Assembly (NCBI GenBank): GCA_043228905.1
Contig: JBHGNT010000001.1
Location: 10,540,001-10,604,000, forward strand
Reading direction: 5' to 3'
Length of the DNA: 64,000 nucleotides
DNA from: Azolla caroliniana
Taxonomy: Eukaryota > Plantae > Polypodiophyta
The position numbers and the translations under genes are program-made. Below the pieces are notes generated by a model, which saw nothing but the letters and a program-made list of their open reading frames with translations, was not told the DNA's origin and searched no databases. Positions 14,546-24,948 of the stretch are shown in pieces. The number at the start of each line of letters is the position of its first letter. The first letter of the stretch is position 1.

Positions 14546-17113
14546 ATGAAGCTACACGCTCTGTCTCAAACCCCATGTCCTGTTTCAAAGAGAAGATCAA
14601 CTCCCGAGCAGGAATTGGAGATCAATTCTCCATTATTATGTAGCCATCATCCATCATGGAAGCAGATACCGCTGCAGAATGTAGTCTTGCAAGAGACCGT
14701 ATTGCCTTCTGACACACTTCCCAAATTGAAGTTTGAGATTCCTTCAGTTCTTCGTATAAGACCCCAGAAACCCCGAGATCGGAAAAAGCTTCTGGACTCG
14801 ATGAAATCTTGTGGTGAAGAGAAAGACGTGAAGAAAGCCAAATTGATCCATGCTGAGATTTGTCAAACAGAGTGTTTTTTGGAAGATTTATATGTGAACA
14901 CAGCCATACTAAGTATGTATATGAAATGTGGTGCTCCAATGGAAGCACAAATGGTCTTTGATAATCTATCAATTCGTAGTGTTGTGTCATGGAATGCGTT
15001 AATATCGGGTTACGTTGGTCTTGGTTATGCTAATAAAGCTCTAGATCTCTTTGAGAAGATGAAAAATGAAGGTTTTTTGCCTAATGAAGTCACTTTTGCG
15101 TGTGTTCTCAAAGCTTGTGGTTTAATAAGATGTCTTCGTATTGGAGAAGGCATATTTGATGAGGTTAACAAGCTAGGTTTACTTAAAGACAATGTTGTGC
15201 TTGGAAATGCAGTGGTTGACATGTATGCAAAATGTGGCATGTTAGAGAAATCAAGGCAAATATTCGAAGAGCTTCCAGTGCGAGATGTTGTATCGTGGAG
15301 TATACTTATCACTTCATATGTTCAAAATGGTTTTGGCTGTGAGGCATTGAATTTGTTCAAGCAAATGGAAGACGAAGGTATCCCTCCGAATAGAGTCACC
15401 TTCACTTGCATTCTGAAAGCTTGTGGAAGTATAGGGTCCTTAGAGACTGGGGAAGAGATTCATGCCGAGGTCAGAAAGAGAGGTTTATTGGCTGAAGATA
15501 AAGCTCTCAGAAACACATTGGTGGATATGTATGCCAAATGTGGTGCATTAGGAAAAGCAAAAGAAGTATTCGAAGAGCTTGTGGTCCGTGATGTCGTATC
15601 ATGGAATGTTTTGATCTCTGGGTATGTTCAACACGGTCTAGGAGATGATGCTTTGGGTTGCTTCAGGCGGATGAAAGATGAAGGTTTCTCTCCAAATGCA
15701 GTGACATTTATTTGCATTTTGAAAGCTTGTAGCAGTATAGGATCTTTTGAGATGGGAGACGAGATACATGAAGAGATCAACAAACAAAGATTACTTGAAA
15801 CTGATGCTGTGCTTGGGACAACATTGGTAGATACATATTCTAAATGTGGATTACTCATGAAAGCACAAGAAGTTTTTGAGAAGCTTCCGGTTCATGATGT
15901 TGTGTCATGGAGTGCCCTCATTGCTGGCTATGTCCAACATGGGCTTTGGGACACAGCTCTGAAATACTTCAAACGGATGCGAGATGAAGGAATCTCCCCA
16001 AATATGGTAACTTTCCTTTGTATTCTGAAAGCTTGTGGTAAGACAGGATCACTTGAGATGGGAGAAGAGGTGCACAAAGAGGTCAATAAGCAAAGGCTAT
16101 TGAAGAAATACGATGTTCTTGGCAATGCATTAGTTGACATGTATGCCAAATGTGGTGCGCTAGGAAAAGCACTAGAAGTGTTTAGCGAACTGTCAATACA
16201 GGATGTTATATCATGGACAGCACTGATTTCAGGTTATACTCAACATGGATTTGATGAAGAAGCTCTGAAATGCTTCGAGAAAATGAGGGATGAGGGTGTC
16301 TCTCCGAATGTGGTCACCTTCATTTGTATTTTGAAAGCCTGTGGGAAGATAGGGTTTTTGAAAATGGGGGAAGAGATACATGAACAGATTGGTATGAAGG
16401 GCTTATTTGAAAAATATATTGTGCTTGGCAATACATTAGTAGACATGTATGCCAAGTTTGGCCTGGTTGAAAAGGCACAGGAAACTTTTGATAAACTTCC
16501 AATAAGGGATCTTGTATCATGGAATGCATTGATTGCTGGATATGCGCAGTTGGGTCAGCCTAGAAGAGTTTTCAATGTCTTTGGCAAAATGATAGAAAAC
16601 AATACAATGCCAGATCTAATTACATTCCTTGTTCTATTGAATGCCTGTAGTCATGCTGGACTGGTGCGAGAGGGTGAGATGATCTTTGCAACTATGGAAA
16701 GTGTGTATAAGTTCAATCCTACATTAGAACATTACACTTGTATGGTGGATCTTTTCAGTAGGGCAGGGCACTTTGATAAAGTCATGAGTGTGATCGAAGA
16801 GGTACCGTTTTGTGATCAACTTCCACTTTGGCTCACACTCTTAGGCGCTTGTTACAAATGGGTGAATGTTCATCTTGGAAGATGGGCATTTAAGCGATCA
16901 TTGCAATTAGACGAGAAGTGTGATGCTTCATATGTGTGTATGGGAAACATATATGCAGCTGCTGGGATGCATGCTGAAGCTGAAAAGATGGAGGCTTGGA
17001 GGGTAGCAAATGACGTATGGGAAATGCCAACTTTTGGGTGGACAGATGTGAATAGAAATGCAGAATCTGCTATTGTCAGCAATCACACTCAGGCACTGAA
17101 CTATGCACAATAG
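14546..17113 (+). CDS. PLS-class pentatricopeptide repeat protein with E domain (organellar RNA-editing specificity factor type), intronless
   Basis: 855-aa ORF with repeated P-L-S triplets (DVVSWNALISGY / PNAVTFICILKAC / LGNALVDMYAKCG), then P2-L2-S2 (LLNACSHAGLVREG, HYTCMVDLFSRAG), E region (WLTLLGAC...YVCMGNIYAAAG) and a degenerate PG box (PTFGWTDV). No DYW triad. Confidence 0.95.
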   Translation: MKLHALSQTPCPVSKRRSTPEQELEINSPLLCSHHPSWKQIPLQNVVLQETVLPSDTLPKLKFEIPSVLRIRPQKPRDRKKLLDSMKSCGEEKDVKKAKLIHAEICQTECFLEDLYVNTAILSMYMKCGAPMEAQMVFDNLSIRSVVSWNALISGYVGLGYANKALDLFEKMKNEGFLPNEVTFACVLKACGLIRCLRIGEGIFDEVNKLGLLKDNVVLGNAVVDMYAKCGMLEKSRQIFEELPVRDVVSWSILITSYVQNGFGCEALNLFKQMEDEGIPPNRVTFTCILKACGSIGSLETGEEIHAEVRKRGLLAEDKALRNTLVDMYAKCGALGKAKEVFEELVVRDVVSWNVLISGYVQHGLGDDALGCFRRMKDEGFSPNAVTFICILKACSSIGSFEMGDEIHEEINKQRLLETDAVLGTTLVDTYSKCGLLMKAQEVFEKLPVHDVVSWSALIAGYVQHGLWDTALKYFKRMRDEGISPNMVTFLCILKACGKTGSLEMGEEVHKEVNKQRLLKKYDVLGNALVDMYAKCGALGKALEVFSELSIQDVISWTALISGYTQHGFDEEALKCFEKMRDEGVSPNVVTFICILKACGKIGFLKMGEEIHEQIGMKGLFEKYIVLGNTLVDMYAKFGLVEKAQETFDKLPIRDLVSWNALIAGYAQLGQPRRVFNVFGKMIENNTMPDLITFLVLLNACSHAGLVREGEMIFATMESVYKFNPTLEHYTCMVDLFSRAGHFDKVMSVIEEVPFCDQLPLWLTLLGACYKWVNVHLGRWAFKRSLQLDEKCDASYVCMGNIYAAAGMHAEAEKMEAWRVANDVWEMPTFGWTDVNRNAESAIVSNHTQALNYAQ

Positions 17114-19262
17114 TTATACTCAGTACTCTCAATGATCAATTTCATGAAGATGTATGAGAAGCAGCTTAATCTGATTCCCCTAGCATATGATAAATATATC
17201 CATACATACAGTGAAACCATGCATATAATGAAGATGCATAGACCATACATACAATTCAGTAGAACATGCAAAGTGTTTGCGGGGTTTACTGGAGGATTAT
17301 GCAATGTATTCAATCTTTGAAAGGAGCCTTGACAGGCCATGCACAGAATGTATTATGGCATGCAATGTGCTTCCAACTTGCTGGATTCACTCGAAGATTA
17401 TGCGATTACTCCTTCCAAGGAATGTACAACATGTATCCTTGTAGGACATTTGTTGTACTCTTAATGATTAAGTGTGGCCATAACATGAAGTAATTTTAGC
17501 CATTTTAATCACTTAAGAGGAGAGGGTAAATTCACCCAATATAGGTGATATCGAAATTTTCAAATCGAAGAACGGAAATAATTATATCATTTTATATATG
17601 CAAGACATTTGGGGCACCTTGGATTATATGCCCCCTTAGGTTGAGCGACATTTACACCGAGGCCTAATTCACATGACATAACAAGCAGTTTGTGACATGG
17701 AACTGAAACTCATGCCATATGTTTCACGTTCAAATTGTGTTCATGACTTAATACTTGCATACATTTTATATCGTCCACACATTGCCAATGGGAAATTTTC
17801 ACACGAATGTGGTCTTTCAGGTGGCAAAAAGGTTCCTCTCTCCTTCTCGATGTTCCTATGATGGTGGTTTGTTAGGATTTCAACCAAGAATCGACATGTG
17901 GCACCATTTTTATTTGCAAGGAGCTCACAAGATGTGAGGTTAGGCAAAAAATGTTCCATGTAATTCACCTCTTACAAGTTATAGATTAGATTGGCTAGTC
18001 TGGGCATACAAGCTAAGCATGCTTTGACACATGCACTCACTCTTCCTAAAATGCAATTCACGTGAACCCTACCTAAGTGATCTTGGTAAACTAAATCTCT
18101 ATAAACTTTAGGGAACATTCTTGGTATAACTACATGTATAATAAATATTTGCTAAACTATTTGCTGTAATGGTTATTATAATGACTGAGAAACTTATGAG
18201 GTGAACAAAGATTAAGAAGGTCTTATGTCCCACGCTTTGTAGTGATCAGAAAAGACTAGAAGTAACATATTTTTACTAATCATTCATTTACCACTTCTTT
18301 AGGTTTTGTGAAGTTGCATGAATCAATGTATCCTCTACTTGGCGAGGTCGCTTGTGTTAATGCATAGTGTGAATTTTGAAAGGTGATTTAAGGATTTTGC
18401 ATGTGGAATCAAACGAATACCAATTTGTAGCCCATAAGTGGAAGTGTTGTATGAGGTTAATATTGTTGCTCATTATTCATACAAGCCCCATGAATATAAG
18501 AAGACCCAAGGATGGCATCCGCAATCCCATCATTGTTAGGGTAATGTCATTCTTCACCTCTCCATCTTTGATAAGGTTCATACAGTGGAGTCAAGAGTAA
18601 TGAACAAATTTATAAATGAATGAGCACAAGGAATCACATGTGTAGTGATTAAAATATCTGGATAGCATGTCGGGCGACACATGGAGGACATGGGAATTCC
18701 AAATCATATCGACACATCTGGTATAATTATCGTAGTTGGTGTCAACATCAACATTGTTTTTATTAGCTGAACCTGGTCTTGGAGATTGGAGTTGGTTTCT
18801 TGTGGACATTAAAAAGACATGTGTGTGTGTGTGTGTGTGTATGTCTCTCTCTCTCTCGCTCTCTCTCTCTCTTCATGTTAATCTCATATTCTCTTCTAAT
18901 GTTCTCGTTTTGAGATAATTATAATATATTCTCTTATTCTCTGTGTCTCTCTCCATGTTAATCTCATCTTCTTTTCTAATGTTTTTGTTTTAAGATACAT
19001 AGTTATAAATTATAATATATTGTCTTATGTTTCTTCACTTCCAATAAACTCCCACCACTTGGAGAGAGAGACAGAGAGACAGAGAGAGAGCGAGAGAAAC
19101 AGAGTAGAGCAGGGGAATTTTTAATAGATTCCTTGCAGACTATACACAGAGTACTCTGTATACATATCATCTCTCTTTCCATTTCTGCACACAAGGATAA
19201 AATTCTTCAAGTTTGCATTTGAAAAAAAATCCATGTTCACATTATGATTATATTGCCTAATC

Positions 19263-22200
19263 ATGGCCATCTCTTCACAGATCATCTCTCACAGAGATGT
19301 CATAGGCTCGTCTCCTTTAAAAAGCCACATAAGGTATGTGCAAGATGAAGCAGAAACATTGATTCCGTCGGAATCACTGACTCTATATAAGAATGGCAAA
19401 GAGAATGTGGAATTTCAGCTTGATTTGTCAGAGAAGTCAACTGATTTGCGTTGTATAGAAGCTTTCATCTCCATTCTGCAACGATGTAGAAAGCAGAAAA
19501 GACTTGTTTATGCCAGGAGAGCTCATTTGCTCATTTGTAGTAATGGATTTGACTCTGACACAACCCTTGGAAACTTCACTGTACCCATGTTTGTTGAATG
19601 TGGAAGCATCATTGATGGTGAAAGAATATTCCAGAAGTTGTCACTTCGGAACGAGTATTCATGGACCTCTATCATACAAGGATATCTTGAGTGCGAGTCA
19701 TTCCTAGATGTAATTGAAATTCTTCAAATGATGCGAGATGATTGTGTATGTCCAAGCAAATACACATTTGTAATGCTTCTAAAAGCTTGTAGTAAGTTTC
19801 AGTGTATGGATAATGGAAGAGAAATACACACAGATATTGTAAATATAGGATTTGAAATGGATCTTTTCATTGGGAACACAATGATTGATTTGTATGCCAA
19901 GTGTGGTTTTATTGAAGATGCACGGGATGTATTTGACCGATTGGAATTTCGAGATGTTGTCACTTGGAATGCATTGATGGTAGGTTATGCAGAACTTGGT
20001 TATCCTGATGAAGTTTTGAATTGTTTAAACAATATGAAAGAAGGGGGTGTATTTGGGGATGCTATAACATTTCTCAGCTGCCTAAAAGCATGTAGCAATT
20101 TAGGAATTATAGAAAAAGGATTATATGTTCACCTTGAACTAGTTACAGAAGGTTATGAAACTGATGCATTCATTAGGAGCACATTAGTTGGTATGTATGC
20201 CAAACTAGGACTTTTAAAAGAAGCCCAGGAATTGTTGGATGAACTACCTATATGTGATGTAATTTCATGGACATCGCTTATCATGGGATATGCTGACCAT
20301 GGCCTTGGTGAGCAAGCACTAATATGCATTGAAAATATGTTTGAGGATGGTATATATGTTGATTCACTCACACTTACTTGCTGCCTTAAAGTTAGTGGCA
20401 ATATCGGAACTGTAGATAACATTCAAGAGATCCATAAAAGAATCATTATGGATGGATTTGAGGAGGAGCCATTTCTTGGTAGCACATTGGTAAGTATTTA
20501 TGCAAAATTTGGTCTATTCACTGAAGCATGGGATTTATTAAAGGAAGTTCCGGATCAAGATGTTGTTACCTGGACAGCACTCATGACAGGATATATTGAT
20601 CAAGGACTACCTAGTGAAGCCTTGGAGTGTTTTGAACAAATGCAATCAGAGGGAATCCTTCCAAACATGGTCACATATATTTGCACTGTAAAAGCATGCA
20701 GTAAATTAAGAGCCGTGGAAAAGGGTCAAGGAGTACATGCTGAGATTACCATGAAGGCAATTGAAGGGGATCTACACCTCGGGAATGCATTGGTAGATAT
20801 GTATACTAAATGTGGATTACTTTCTGAAGCTTGGAAAGTGTTTCATGAACTTCATAATCATGATATTGTGTCATGGAATGCTCTTATTGCTGGCTATGCA
20901 GAGCAGGGTTTTGGAAATGAAGTTGTGAGCTGTTTTGAGCAAATGGAAGTAGAGGGTACGTCACCAAATGCTATTACCTTTGTTTGTAGCCTAAAAGATT
21001 GTGTTGATCTAGAAAGAGGGTTCCAGATACATGCCATTGTTGCGAAAGAGGGATTCGAAAGGCATCCTATACTTGGAAATTCTCTGGTAGATATGTATGC
21101 AAAATGTGGATTTCTACTTGAAGCACAAGATGTATTTGATGATTTGCTTATCCAGGATGCTATTTCTCGAACAACACTTATATCTGCATATGCAGACCAC
21201 ATGCTTCATGAGGAAGCTCTAAATTGTATGGACCAGATGAAGGTGGATGATATTTCTCCTGATTGTGTTATGTTTCTTTGCACCTTGAAAGCTTGTGGTG
21301 TCATTGGAGCCATACATAGAGGCCAAGAAATACACTCTGAAGCTATTCAAAAAGGGTTTGATAATGATCATTTTATTGCCAACACCTTGGTCGACATGTA
21401 TGTAAAATGCAAACTGTTAACAGATGCAAGGTCTGTATTTGATAACCTATCTCATCGTGACATTATGTCATGGACTTCAATTATAACTGGTTATGTTGGA
21501 TATGGATTATGTGATGAAGCTCTGCAATGTTTGTATGAGATGCAAACAGAGGGTTTAACCCCAGATGTGATCACTTGGAGTGCTATAATCCAAGGATACA
21601 GTGAAAGAAAAGAGAGTGAAAAAGTGTTTTTCCTCTTTTCACAAATGCAAGAACAATCCATAATACCTAATATTGTCACATTGATGAGTATTATGAGTAT
21701 ATGTGGTCATTCTGCGGCTCTCGAAGCTGGAAAGAGAGTTCATGCTGAAGTTCATTATATTGGCAAAGGAATTATGGATGTCAATGTGGCAACATCTCTT
21801 ATTGAAATGTATGGAAGATGTGGAAGCATGGTTGAAGCACATCATTTGTTTGAAGAAATGGTTGATAGGGACCTAATGGGCTGGAATGCCTTGATTGCTG
21901 GATATGCACGTGAAGGATCAATTAAACCTGTGTTTAATTTATTATATAAGATGATGGATGAAGGCAAGACGCCAGATGAAATGACATTACTTAACGTGTA
22001 TGTAGTGTGTAATCATGGAGGCCTAGTGAGGGTAGGAAGGAGTTGTTTTGAGGCTATCAGTAAAGAATATGGAGGTGTAGCCACTACTGAGCATTATAAT
22101 TGCATGATTGATCTCTTCAGCCGAGCTGGTCAATTTTATGAAACTTTGAGAATATTTCAAGAAATGCCCTTTCAGCATGACCTGGTGTCATGGATCACAT

Positions 22201-22334
22201 TGTTATCTGCTTGCACGAAATGGGGCTATGTAGAAATAGGTCAAAAAGCTTTTGAACTTGTTGTAGAATTGTACAGAGATAGTGGTGCTGCATATATTTT
22301 GATGTCCAACGTTTTCATGGATGGAGAAGAGTAG
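19263..22334 (+). CDS. PLS-class pentatricopeptide repeat protein ending within the E domain, intronless
   Basis: 1023-aa ORF with PLS triplets, HYNCMIDLFSRAG and SWITLLSAC...AYILMSNVF. Stops before the PG box/DYW region. Confidence 0.95.
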   Translation: MAISSQIISHRDVIGSSPLKSHIRYVQDEAETLIPSESLTLYKNGKENVEFQLDLSEKSTDLRCIEAFISILQRCRKQKRLVYARRAHLLICSNGFDSDTTLGNFTVPMFVECGSIIDGERIFQKLSLRNEYSWTSIIQGYLECESFLDVIEILQMMRDDCVCPSKYTFVMLLKACSKFQCMDNGREIHTDIVNIGFEMDLFIGNTMIDLYAKCGFIEDARDVFDRLEFRDVVTWNALMVGYAELGYPDEVLNCLNNMKEGGVFGDAITFLSCLKACSNLGIIEKGLYVHLELVTEGYETDAFIRSTLVGMYAKLGLLKEAQELLDELPICDVISWTSLIMGYADHGLGEQALICIENMFEDGIYVDSLTLTCCLKVSGNIGTVDNIQEIHKRIIMDGFEEEPFLGSTLVSIYAKFGLFTEAWDLLKEVPDQDVVTWTALMTGYIDQGLPSEALECFEQMQSEGILPNMVTYICTVKACSKLRAVEKGQGVHAEITMKAIEGDLHLGNALVDMYTKCGLLSEAWKVFHELHNHDIVSWNALIAGYAEQGFGNEVVSCFEQMEVEGTSPNAITFVCSLKDCVDLERGFQIHAIVAKEGFERHPILGNSLVDMYAKCGFLLEAQDVFDDLLIQDAISRTTLISAYADHMLHEEALNCMDQMKVDDISPDCVMFLCTLKACGVIGAIHRGQEIHSEAIQKGFDNDHFIANTLVDMYVKCKLLTDARSVFDNLSHRDIMSWTSIITGYVGYGLCDEALQCLYEMQTEGLTPDVITWSAIIQGYSERKESEKVFFLFSQMQEQSIIPNIVTLMSIMSICGHSAALEAGKRVHAEVHYIGKGIMDVNVATSLIEMYGRCGSMVEAHHLFEEMVDRDLMGWNALIAGYAREGSIKPVFNLLYKMMDEGKTPDEMTLLNVYVVCNHGGLVRVGRSCFEAISKEYGGVATTEHYNCMIDLFSRAGQFYETLRIFQEMPFQHDLVSWITLLSACTKWGYVEIGQKAFELVVELYRDSGAAYILMSNVFMDGEE

Positions 22335-22499
22335 ACTTTCACTAAACAAAGGTGATGGAATGAGGAGTCATTCCTCTTTCCTGTACATTACATTGTATTA
22401 AATTTGTTACAAATTTTATTTATAATATTTGGAGGAGCTCTACAAGCTCCAGAGAAGCAGTGATGCAAGTGTAAAACACCCAAACTTGTAAAGATATTG

Positions 22500-22720
22500 G
22501 AATTTGATGCTATGCAACCATTTGACTTTTACCTCAAGAGTTATAGTTTAGTGGTTACTTGAGAACCTCATTACCTTGATGGGAAGTAATGAAGAAACAC
22601 ATGGATGTGGATAGATTTTGTCAACTTCACAGAAAATGGTGCTACCTTTAGAGGTTTGCCCAATCGATGGTGTCCTCTGGTACATAATCGTTTGGAAAGA
22701 TGTCAAACTAAAGATGATGT
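22500..22720 (-). mobile_element. Possible decayed Ty3/Gypsy integrase C-terminus/chromodomain relic
   Basis: Minus-strand frame-broken peptides EDTIDWANL, EVDKI and EVKVKWL resemble chromodomain-bearing Gypsy pol ends. Many stops. Confidence 0.3.
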
Positions 22721-24948
22721 AGCTTGGAGCATGAAGAAGAATGATAAGGTCTTCATCAATACAATCATGTGTGCTGATGAAATCCATCATCCCATTTGAA
22801 AAAATTTACCCATGACCCCATCGATGCCTTATGATAAGGTTGTTATTGTGCCAATTCTTTAATGTTGCATTTTTTCAACCGACATGGCTATCAATTTTCT
22901 TGACGTCTGCAGAGGAACGCTAGTTTGAGAGTCAACAGAGAAACTTGTACTATTTGAGGCAAATCTTTTGGTATCTCACATACTCATAATGAAATCCCAT
23001 GCTTAGCGCAGCAATTTCATGAACATGCAATGCGTTTTCTTTCTCTTCTCACTTAATTGGTGTTACATCTTTCCCAATATTTTAAATCCTCGGGAGAGAT
23101 TCTCATTAAGACCACATCCATGCTTGCATGTTATGATATCCTTATGACCATATTTCCAGTTTAAGGTATTGGACATAGTGCCTAAGGTATACCAAGCATC
23201 CATATCTTGTTTAGGAACTACCCCCTATATGGAAGAAAAATACTTACACTACCCAATGGAAACTCTAGTATGATCTATTTTCCAATTATAAACTGTTTCG
23301 TTTTTTTAAAACAGAGATAGTGTCTATGGTTATCCTAAGTATCCTTTGGAAGCTGTTCCCAATAGGTAACCATTTGAAACTGATTTGGACTGATTTTATT
23401 CTATTCGAGCAAAATAATGGATTGCTCGTTCAATTTATCGTGAATTCGCATTTGAAATGTTCTCTATGTTTTCAAGGGCCTTAAGTTTTTATTTGGCTCA
23501 ACACGCAGTTCCTTGTCTTTCTTGATGTTGCAGACGTGACAATGGACAGTGTATTGAAGAAGTTGTATGACCTCGAGCGGGGAACCAACCGTCAATTATT
23601 GGCGGCTGAGCAGAACTAATTGAAATGAAACATTAAACCCTGTGAATGATTTATAACATCTCAGATTTCTCGCACTACTTGCCAGATCGCCAGATCGGAG
23701 ATTCACATTCCAATTATACATCATTCCATGCTCTTATGTTGCACAATCAACCACCATAGGCCAACCTGCCATATCTCTTGGGTCATAGTGGTGCCCCTAT
23801 GGTGACTTGTGACTTGTCATTGAGAATGAGAATTGTCGTTTTCTTAAGGTGGCAAAACTCCTTGGTGCCAATTTTTATTTTATCGCCTTTATGTATACGG
23901 TGTTGGGTAATGGTCAAACGAAGAATTGGACATCAAGAAGCAACTCGTCCAGGCTGCCTTTGTTGCATAATAGGAAGTCCACAACGATGCAAGAGATTAC
24001 CACAATGGGGGATTCGTTCAGAACACCCATAGGGTCTCTTTGCCAAATTTTGAGTTGCAACAAGAAATCCACAACTGCATGTTGCATGTCGTGTGTGAAG
24101 GAAGATAGCAAACTGGAACGCAAAGAGAAATATCATCTAGAGAGCAAGTTTCCCTACCAAGGGGCCCACTTGGTATACTAGAAATCCTCCACAATAAAAA
24201 GTTAAGCTTGAGTTTAAGTGTTTTAAAATTGATCTATGGATGGGACAATGATTGATACTTTTATATACGTAGATATCCTCGTTTTTTATTTATTAAACAT
24301 CCATTTTTTTTGTTAGAATAGTGATTAAATTAGTCGATCTTAAGAAGCCAATTGAGTTCTCGACAATCCGATATAGGAAATACAACAGAGGTAAGTGCTT
24401 AAGGCATCAAAACCATGAAGTGAACTTTGACCTTAAGGAATGACAAGCCCTAACACTGATGTGTCAAACCACTATCAGTAAGGCAATCCCTGAATGTCAA
24501 TAGTGAACCTTGAGGTGCTTCAAAGAATTCTCATACCTGAAAGGCTTCAGAAAAACATCGTTTTCTCCTTGAAATTAAGACATGCATCTTTAATAATTGA
24601 GAACCCCCAAACTACACGTACATATATGCATACAAGCTCACCGATAGAAGATACATAAAGTTTTCATGCGCAAACAAACTGTATTCACTTGTGAATAATC
24701 TACAAAACAAAAGTTAGAGACATTGTTAGCTCTTCCAGAACGAATCATCCAAGAAGACACGAAAACCGATGTCGATTCATAATATTTTCATGCTCAAGCA
24801 AAATGTATTCACTTGTCAATAATCTACAAAACAGAGTTAAAAGAGACAATTGTTTGCTCTTCCTGAAAAAATCATGTTTGTCTTTGCATGGCATGGTGTG
24901 TTCTTTGCGAGAATCAAAATCAATAGAATATATGATGAATCAAGTTCT

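Noticed and set aside
14622-21845. Numerous antisense ORFs within the PPR genes
   Set aside because: Shadow frames of repetitive PPR coding sequence.
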